DNA of 64,000 nucleotides from NCBI RefSeq assembly GCF_055900595.2, contig NZ_CM148325.1; one strand, 5' to 3'. Shown piece by piece: positions 55,642 to 64,000 of this stretch (position 1 is its first letter; each line of letters starts with the position of its first letter). The notes under the pieces were generated by a model. It saw only the letters and a program-made list of their open reading frames with translations, ran no database searches and was not told where the DNA came from. The position numbers and the translations under genes were made by a program.

Positions 55642-56151
55642 ATGGCGACGCTGACAGAAGATGATGTGCTTGAGCAACTGGACGCACAGGACAATTTATT
55701 GTCATTTATGAAAACTGCATATGCCATTTTGCTCCAGGGGATACGCCAGTTTCTGCCGTCGCTGTTTGTCGATAATGATGAAGAGATCGTGGAATATGCA
55801 GTGAAGCCGTTACTCGCTCAAAGCGGCCCGCTTGACGATATTGATGTTGCGCTACGTTTGATTTTTGCGCTGGGGAAAATGGACAAATGGCTGTATGCCG
55901 ATATCACGCACTTTTCCCAGTTCTGGCATTACCTGAATGAACAGGATGAAACGCCCGGATTTGCCGATGACATTACCTGGGATTTTATCAGCAACGTCAA
56001 TAGCATAACCCGCAATGCGACGCTCTATGACGCGTTAAAAGCGATGAAGTTCGCTGATTTCGCCGTCTGGTCAGAGGTGCGTTTTAGTGGGATGGTCAAA
56101 ACGGCGCTGACGCTGGCAGTAACGACCACCTTAAAGGAATTAACGCCGTGA
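55642..56151 (+). CDS. yggD: MtlR-like transcriptional regulator
   Basis: 169-aa ORF matching E. coli YggD. Confidence 0.85.
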   Translation: MATLTEDDVLEQLDAQDNLLSFMKTAYAILLQGIRQFLPSLFVDNDEEIVEYAVKPLLAQSGPLDDIDVALRLIFALGKMDKWLYADITHFSQFWHYLNEQDETPGFADDITWDFISNVNSITRNATLYDALKAMKFADFAVWSEVRFSGMVKTALTLAVTTTLKELTP

Positions 56152-56861
56152 AAATCGAACTGACGGTGAATGGATTGAAGGTACAGGCGCAGTACCCGAA
56201 CGAAGAGATTGAAAATGTGCATAAACCGTTGCTGCGTATGCTGGCAGCCTTACAGACGGTAAATCCGCAGCGGCGTACCGTGGTTTTTCTTTGCGCTCCG
56301 CCGGGGACGGGTAAATCTACCCTAACCACTTTCTGGGAATATCTCGCGCAACAAGACCCGGAACTACCCGCTATTCAGACGCTGCCGATGGATGGTTTTC
56401 ACCATTACAATAGCTGGCTGGACGCGCATCAATTGCGCCCCTTCAAAGGCGCACCAGAGACATTTGACGTTGCGAAACTGGCGGAAAATCTGCGCCAGGT
56501 CGTGGAAGGGGATTGTACGTGGCCGCAGTACGATCGACAAAAGCATGATCCTGTTGAAGATGTGTTGCACGTTACCGCACCACTCGTCATCGTCGAAGGA
56601 AACTGGTTGTTGCTGGATGACGAGAAGTGGCGGGCGTTGGCATCGTTCTGCGATTTTTCTGTTTTTATTCATGCCCCCGTTCAAATTCTGCGGGAACGCT
56701 TGATTAGTCGTAAAATTGCGGGGGGATTATCGCGGGATGAAGCCGAAGCTTTTTATGCCCGAACCGATGGTCCCAATGTCGAGCGTGTGCTGCTGAATAG
56801 TTGTCAGGCCAATCTGATATTAGAGATGACGGAAGAAGGCAGGTATAACTTCATAAGCTGA
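56148..56861 (+). CDS. yggC: P-loop nucleoside/pantothenate-kinase-like protein
   Basis: 237-aa ORF with Walker A (APPGTGKST) matching E. coli YggC; overlaps the yggD stop. Confidence 0.85.
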   Translation: MKIELTVNGLKVQAQYPNEEIENVHKPLLRMLAALQTVNPQRRTVVFLCAPPGTGKSTLTTFWEYLAQQDPELPAIQTLPMDGFHHYNSWLDAHQLRPFKGAPETFDVAKLAENLRQVVEGDCTWPQYDRQKHDPVEDVLHVTAPLVIVEGNWLLLDDEKWRALASFCDFSVFIHAPVQILRERLISRKIAGGLSRDEAEAFYARTDGPNVERVLLNSCQANLILEMTEEGRYNFIS

Positions 56862-57145
56862 CAATTTATTCCAGTTATTGTGCGGTTATTATTACGCCAG
56901 TCTGGAATAAAGCCTCCTGCAAGAAGGGAAGAAAGTGTGATACAAGTCAGATAATTGTCTTCTTTGACTGGACAATCATTCCTTTTATTCCACGTTTCGC
57001 TTATCCTAGCTGAAGCGTTTCAGTCGATTAAATGTTCGACAATTAACCAATCAGTCGCAGTTTGCGACAGGTAAGGTTTCCCCGGACGATTTGCTGGATT
57101 ACTCTGTCTGGCAAATTTGCTCAGGGAAAACCTTGCAGGAGATCT

Positions 57146-58165
57146 ATGACCGTACGCGTAGCGATAAATGGCTTCGGTCGCATCGGGCGTAATGTGGTTC
57201 GTGCTTTGTATGAATCCGGACGCCGGGCGGAAATTACCGTGGTGGCAATCAACGAACTGGCGGATGCTGCGGGCATGGCGCATTTGTTGAAATATGACAC
57301 CAGTCATGGCCGTTTTGCATGGGAAGTACGACAGGAACGCGATCAACTTTTTGTTGGTGATGACGCCATCCGCGTATTGCACGAACGTTCACTGCAATCG
57401 CTCCCATGGCGTGAACTTGGCGTCGATGTGGTTCTTGACTGCACCGGCGTATATGGCTCCCGCGAGCATGGCGAAGCGCATATTGCCGCCGGGGCCAAAA
57501 AAGTGCTCTTTTCACATCCTGGCAGTAACGATCTCGACGCGACCGTGGTTTACGGCGTCAATCAGGATCAACTTCGTGCGGAACACCGCATCGTTTCTAA
57601 CGCTTCCTGTACCACGAATTGCATAATTCCCGTCATCAAATTGTTAGATGATGCGTACGGTATTGAGTCCGGCACAGTGACCACAATTCACTCCGCCATG
57701 CACGATCAACAGGTTATTGATGCATACCATCCTGACCTGCGTCGCACCCGGGCAGCCAGCCAGTCGATCATTCCAGTCGATACTAAACTGGCCGCCGGTA
57801 TCACACGATTTTTTCCGCAATTTAACGATCGCTTTGAAGCGATTGCGGTGCGTGTACCAACCATAAATGTGACGGCAATCGATTTAAGCGTGACGGTGAA
57901 GAAACCTGTAAAAGCCAATGAAGTCAACCTGTTGCTGCAAAAAGCAGCACAAGGTGCATTTCATGGTATAGTTGACTATACGGAATTGCCGTTGGTCTCT
58001 GTAGATTTTAACCACGATCCGCACAGTGCCATTGTCGATGGCACCCAAACCCGGGTCAGTGGCGCGCACCTGATCAAAACGTTGGTCTGGTGCGATAACG
58101 AATGGGGCTTTGCTAACCGAATGCTCGACACGACGTTAGCTATGGCTACTGTTGCTTTCAGGTAA
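57146..58165 (+). CDS. epd: Erythrose-4-phosphate dehydrogenase
   Basis: Start set at [27 protein letters not shown] (339 aa) matching E. coli Epd. Confidence 0.9.
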
Positions 58166-58214
58166 GACGCAAGCAGCGTCTGCAAAACTTTTAGAATCAA
58201 CGAGAGGATTCACC

Positions 58215-59378
58215 ATGTCTGTAATTAAGATGACCGATCTGGATCTTGCTGGGAAACGTGTATTTATCCGTGCGGATCTGAACGTACCAGTAAAAGACGG
58301 GAAAGTAACCAGCGACGCGCGTATCCGTGCTTCTCTGCCGACCATCGAACTGGCCCTGAAACAAGGCGCGAAAGTGATGGTAACTTCCCACCTGGGTCGT
58401 CCTACCGAAGGCGAGTACAACGAAGAATTCTCTCTGCTGCCGGTTGTTAACTACCTGAAAGACAAACTGTCTAACCCGGTTCGTCTGGTTAAAGATTACC
58501 TCGACGGCGTTGACGTTGCTGAAGGTGAACTGGTTGTTCTGGAAAACGTTCGCTTCAACAAAGGCGAGAAGAAAGACGACGAAACCCTGTCCAAAAAATA
58601 TGCTGCACTGTGTGACGTGTTCGTAATGGACGCATTCGGTACTGCTCACCGCGCGCAGGCTTCTACTCACGGTATCGGTAAATTCGCTGATGTTGCGTGC
58701 GCAGGCCCGCTGCTGGCAGCTGAACTGGACGCGCTGGGTAAAGCACTGAAAGAACCTGCTCGCCCGATGGTGGCTATCGTTGGTGGTTCTAAAGTATCTA
58801 CCAAACTGACCGTTCTGGATTCCCTGTCCAAAATCGCTGACCAGCTGATCGTGGGTGGTGGTATCGCTAACACCTTTATCGCGGCACAAGGCCACGATGT
58901 GGGTAAATCCCTGTACGAAGCTGACCTGGTTGACGAAGCAAAACGTCTGCTGACCACCTGCAACATTCCGGTTCCGTCTGACGTTCGCGTAGCAACTGAG
59001 TTCTCTGAAACTGCACCGGCTACCCTGAAATCTGTTAACGATGTGAAAGCTGACGAGCAGATCCTGGATATCGGCGATGCTTCTGCGCAGGAACTGGCTG
59101 AAATCCTGAAGAATGCGAAAACCATTCTGTGGAACGGCCCGGTTGGCGTGTTCGAATTCCCGAACTTCCGCAAAGGTACTGAAATCGTGGCTAACGCTAT
59201 CGCAGACAGCGAAGCGTTCTCCATCGCTGGTGGCGGTGACACTCTGGCAGCAATCGACCTGTTCGGCATTGCTGACAAAATCTCCTACATCTCCACTGGC
59301 GGCGGCGCATTCCTCGAATTCGTGGAAGGTAAAGTACTGCCTGCAGTAGCGATGCTCGAAGAGCGCGCTAAGAAGTAA
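58215..59378 (+). CDS. pgk: Phosphoglycerate kinase
   Basis: Start set at [25 protein letters not shown] (387 aa) matching E. coli Pgk. Confidence 0.95.
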
Positions 59379-59592
59379 AAAATCACAGGGCAGGGAAACC
59401 TGCCCTTGTTGCAGCGCGCTTTTAGAGCACGCATTTTTTCATACTCTAAATAATTCGAGTTGCAGGAAGGCGACAAGAGAGTGAATCCCCAGGAGCTTAC
59501 ATAAGTAAGTGACTGGGGTGAGCGAACGCAGACGCAGCACATGCAACTTGAAGTATGACGAGTATAAGGCCCGACGATACAGGACAAGAGAC

Positions 59593-60672
59593 ATGTCTAA
59601 GATTTTTGATTTCGTAAAACCTGGCGTAATCACTGGTGATGACGTACAGAAAGTTTTCCAGGTAGCAAAAGAAAACAACTTCGCACTGCCAGCAGTAAAC
59701 TGCGTCGGTACTGACTCCATCAACGCCGTACTGGAAACCGCGGCTAAAGTTAAAGCGCCGGTTATCGTTCAGTTCTCCAACGGTGGTGCTTCCTTTATCG
59801 CTGGTAAAGGCGTGAAATCTGACGTTCCGCAGGGTGCTGCTATCCTGGGTGCGATCTCTGGTGCGCATCACGTTCACCAGATGGCTGAACACTATGGTGT
59901 TCCAGTGATCCTGCACACCGACCACTGCGCGAAAAAACTGCTGCCGTGGATCGACGGTCTGCTGGACGCGGGTGAAAAACACTTCGCAGCTACCGGTAAG
60001 CCGTTGTTCTCTTCTCACATGATCGACCTGTCTGAAGAATCTCTGCAAGAGAACATCGAAATCTGCTCTAAATACCTGGAGCGTATGTCCAAAATCGGCA
60101 TGACTCTGGAAATCGAACTGGGTTGCACCGGTGGTGAAGAAGACGGCGTGGACAACAGCCACATGGACGCTTCTGCACTGTACACCCAGCCGGAAGACGT
60201 TGATTACGCATACACCGAGCTGAGCAAAATCAGCCCGCGCTTCACCATCGCAGCGTCCTTCGGTAACGTACACGGCGTATACAAGCCGGGTAACGTTGTT
60301 CTGACTCCGACCATCCTGCGTGACTCTCAGGAATATGTTTCTAAGAAACACAACCTGCCGCACAACAGCCTGAACTTCGTATTCCACGGCGGTTCCGGTT
60401 CTACTGCTCAGGAAATCAAAGACTCCGTAAGCTACGGCGTAGTGAAAATGAACATCGATACCGATACCCAATGGGCAACCTGGGAAGGTGTTCTGAACTA
60501 CTACAAAGCGAACGAAGCTTATCTGCAGGGTCAGTTGGGCAACCCGAAAGGCGAAGATCAGCCGAACAAGAAATACTACGATCCGCGCGTATGGCTGCGT
60601 GCCGGTCAGACTTCGATGATCGCTCGTCTGGAAAAAGCATTCCAGGAACTGAACGCGATCGACGTTCTGTAA
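59593..60672 (+). CDS. fbaA: Fructose-bisphosphate aldolase class II
   Basis: Start set at MSKIFDFVKPGVITGDDVQKVFQVAKENNFALPAVN (359 aa) matching E. coli FbaA. Confidence 0.95.
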   Translation: MSKIFDFVKPGVITGDDVQKVFQVAKENNFALPAVNCVGTDSINAVLETAAKVKAPVIVQFSNGGASFIAGKGVKSDVPQGAAILGAISGAHHVHQMAEHYGVPVILHTDHCAKKLLPWIDGLLDAGEKHFAATGKPLFSSHMIDLSEESLQENIEICSKYLERMSKIGMTLEIELGCTGGEEDGVDNSHMDASALYTQPEDVDYAYTELSKISPRFTIAASFGNVHGVYKPGNVVLTPTILRDSQEYVSKKHNLPHNSLNFVFHGGSGSTAQEIKDSVSYGVVKMNIDTDTQWATWEGVLNYYKANEAYLQGQLGNPKGEDQPNKKYYDPRVWLRAGQTSMIARLEKAFQELNAIDVL

Positions 60673-60695
60673 GATATTCCTTTCTGCTTATCTCA

Positions 60696-60721
60696 AGGCC
60701 CGCTCTGCGGGTCTTTTTTTC
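60696..60721 (+). terminator. Rho-independent terminator of fbaA
   Basis: GGCCCGC-TCT-GCGGGTC followed by TTTTTTT; a second near-identical copy lies at about 60859-60887. Confidence 0.5.
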
Positions 60722-60725
60722 GCCA

Positions 60726-60835
60726 AAAGAAAAAATGCCTGATGCGCTACGCTTATCAGGCCTACACGTATCCTGCAATATACTGAATTTACAGGCTTTT
60801 GTAGGTCTGGTAAGGCGTTAAAGCCGCATCCAGTA
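60726..60835. repeat. REP/BIME palindromic elements
   Basis: TGCCTGATGCGCTACGCTTATCAGGCCTAC and inverted GTAGGTCTGGTAAGGCGTTAAAGCCGCATCCAG. Confidence 0.6.
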
Positions 60836-61029
60836 TGACAAATCGCACATTGCTATCTGTCTGAGGCCCGCTCTGCGGATCTTTTTTCACCAAAAGCAAG
60901 GTGATGCAGATGAGAAATCTGTGATCTATTTGGCAAAATTATGCTTTATTGTTTACCCTTGTCAGACTGCCCGTCATAAGGCGGCGGAGTGTATTTCTCC
61001 ATTTTGAGTCAGTTGAAAAGGAATATTGA

Positions 61030-61890
<861 letters not shown>

Positions 61891-62028
61891 TCAACGCTGA
61901 GGCCAGATAATACTCTCTGGCCTCTCTCTTATTAGTTTTTCTGATTGCCAATTAATATTATCAATTTCCGCTAATAACAATCCCGCGATATAGTCTCTGC
62001 ATCAGATACTTAATTCGGAATATCCAAC

Positions 62029-62664
62029 GTGTTTTCTTATTACTTTCAAGGTCTTGCCCTTGGGGCGGCTATGATCCTACCGCTCGGTCCACAAAATGCT
62101 TTTGTGATGAATCAGGGCATACGTCGTCAGTACCACATTATGATTGCCTTACTTTGTGCTATCAGCGATTTGGTCCTGATTTGCGCCGGGATTTTTGGTG
62201 GCAGTGCGTTATTGATGCAGTCGCCGTGGTTGCTTGCGCTGGTCACCTGGGGCGGCGTAGCCTTCTTGCTGTGGTATGGTTATGGCGCTTTTAAAACAGC
62301 AATGAGCAGTAATATTGAGTTAGCCAGTGCCGAAGTCATGAAGCAAGGCAGATGGAAAATTATCGCCACCATGCTGGCAGTGACCTGGCTGAATCCGCAT
62401 GTTTACCTGGATACTTTTGTTGTACTGGGCAGCCTTGGTGGGCAGCTTGACGTCGAACCAAAACGTTGGTTTGCGCTCGGGACAATTAGCGCCTCTTTCC
62501 TCTGGTTCTTTGGTCTGGCTCTTCTCGCAGCCTGGCTGGCACCGCGTCTGCGTACGGCAAAAGCACAGCGCATTATCAATCTGGTAGTGGGATGTGTTAT
62601 GTGGTTTATTGCCTTGCAGCTGGCGAGAGACGGTATTGCGCATGCACAAGCCTTGTTCAGTTAG
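62029..62664 (+). CDS. argO: Arginine exporter (LysE family), GTG start
   Basis: 211-aa [33 protein letters not shown]… matching E. coli ArgO. Confidence 0.9.
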   Translation: MFSYYFQGLALGAAMILPLGPQNAFVMNQGIRRQYHIMIALLCAISDLVLICAGIFGGSALLMQSPWLLALVTWGGVAFLLWYGYGAFKTAMSSNIELASAEVMKQGRWKIIATMLAVTWLNPHVYLDTFVVLGSLGGQLDVEPKRWFALGTISASFLWFFGLALLAAWLAPRLRTAKAQRIINLVVGCVMWFIALQLARDGIAHAQALFS

Positions 62665-62756
62665 GCGCTATCTGATGGAAAAATAAAACAGAGGCGCTAA
62701 GCTTGCCTCCAGAGGTCCTGAATTTTGGGCAAGTCAATTAACACGGAGAGACTAAC

Positions 62757-63497
62757 GTGAAGTTCAAAGTTATCGCCCTGGCGGCATTAATGGGTATTAG
62801 CGGGATGGCAGCGCAGGCTAACGAATTGCCGGATGGACCGCATATTGTCACCTCCGGTACGGCAAGCGTGGATGCGGTGCCAGACATTGCCACTCTTGCG
62901 ATTGAAGTCAACGTGGCCGCGAAGGATGCCGCTACTGCCAAGAAACAGGCGGATGAGCGCGTCGCACAATACATTTCCTTCCTTGAACTCAATCAGATCG
63001 CGAAAAAAGATATCAGCTCAGCGAACTTACGCACCCAGCCAGATTATGATTATCAGGATGGTAAAAGTATCCTGAAAGGCTACCGTGCTGTGAGAACGGT
63101 GGAAGTCACGCTCCGTCAGTTAGACAAACTGAATTCCTTGCTGGATGGTGCGCTGAAGGCGGGTCTTAACGAAATTCGTTCTGTATCGCTGGGCGTGGCG
63201 CAGCCGGATGCCTATAAAGACAAAGCGCGTAAGGCAGCGATTGATAACGCGATTCATCAGGCGCAGGAACTGGCGAACGGCTTTCATCGTAAACTAGGGC
63301 CGGTATATAGCGTGCGCTACCATGTTTCCAACTATCAGCCCAGCCCAATGGTGCGGATGATGAAAGCCGATGCCGCGCCGGTCTCAGCCCAGGAAACTTA
63401 CGAGCAGGCTGCTATTCAGTTTGATGATCAGGTCGATGTGGTCTTCCAGTTAGAACCTGTGGATCAACAACCCGCTAAAACACCTGCCGCACAATAA
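62757..63497 (+). CDS. yggE: Oxidative-stress defence protein (SIMPL/DUF541 family), GTG start
   Basis: 246-aa ORF with signal peptide matching E. coli YggE. Confidence 0.85.
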   Translation: MKFKVIALAALMGISGMAAQANELPDGPHIVTSGTASVDAVPDIATLAIEVNVAAKDAATAKKQADERVAQYISFLELNQIAKKDISSANLRTQPDYDYQDGKSILKGYRAVRTVEVTLRQLDKLNSLLDGALKAGLNEIRSVSLGVAQPDAYKDKARKAAIDNAIHQAQELANGFHRKLGPVYSVRYHVSNYQPSPMVRMMKADAAPVSAQETYEQAAIQFDDQVDVVFQLEPVDQQPAKTPAAQ

Positions 63498-63664
63498 TAC
63501 TTGTAGCCCGACGTATTGGTCGGGCTAATGCCTTTACCCGATATTGCCTCCTTTTTCTGTAATTTTCTGTAAAACCATGACGTAATCACCTATCTTTGCT
63601 CGCGGTTTCATCAAGGATAGGCTAACTGAAACGGTTAAGCGGACAAGGATGCGGGGGAGCTGGG

Positions 63665-64000
63665 ATGGACATTTTTATTTCGAAAAAGATGCGCAATTTC
63701 ATTTTATTAGCGCAAACTAATAATATTGCCCGGGCGGCAGAAAAAATCCATATGACGGCTTCGCCATTTGGCAAAAGCATTGCCGCGCTGGAAGAACAAA
63801 TTGGCTATACGCTATTTACCCGCAAAGATAATAATATCAGCCTCAATAAAGCCGGGCAGGAACTGTATCAAAAACTGTTCCCGGTTTATCAACGGCTTTC
63901 TGCGATTGATAATGAAATCCATAACTCAGGACGTTGTTCACGAGAAATTGTGATAGGCATAGATAATACTTATCCGACCATTATTTTTGATCAGTTGATT
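63665..64000 (+). CDS. LysR-family transcriptional regulator, N-terminal part; 3-prime end lies outside the window
   Basis: ATG at 63665 opens a frame (MDIFISKKMRNFILLAQTNNIARAAEKIHMTASPFGKSIAALEEQIGYTLFTRK…) with LysR-type HTH that runs to the window edge; by position likely the ygfI homolog, unverified. Confidence 0.65.
   Translation, partial: MDIFISKKMRNFILLAQTNNIARAAEKIHMTASPFGKSIAALEEQIGYTLFTRKDNNISLNKAGQELYQKLFPVYQRLSAIDNEIHNSGRCSREIVIGIDNTYPTIIFDQLI

Overview
This window is an Enterobacterial (E. coli-like) chromosomal segment in two parts. Positions 1 to about 17,813 are the inner end of a genomic island integrated at the 3-prime end of tRNA-Phe (pheV); positions 17,814 to 64,000 are the conserved yqgA-speC-nupG-mltC-mutY-ansB-gshB-galP-metK-speAB-tktA-cmt-epd-pgk-fbaA-mscS-argO backbone. 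The island carries a P4-type integrase, a sucrose regulon (scrK-Y-A-B-R), a frameshifted hns paralog, an outer-membrane beta-barrel gene, a yhbX-like phosphoethanolamine transferase paralog, and the most interesting locus in the window. That locus is a WYL-domain regulator immediately upstream of a tight three-gene operon: a glycine-zipper membrane protein, a protein with a cysteine-less HNH-like nuclease motif plus C-terminal transmembrane segments, and a translationally coupled YkgJ-type cysteine-cluster protein. I regard it as a candidate uncharacterised defence or abortive-infection module; this is inference from motifs and gene arrangement only. The backbone also contains an IS1 copy with a perfect 9-bp target duplication, and two genes (a lipoprotein and an SPFH/band-7 protein) that I do not recall at these positions in E. 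coli K-12. Gene identities rest on reading the supplied translations against remembered protein families; no database search, GC calculation or structure prediction was run.
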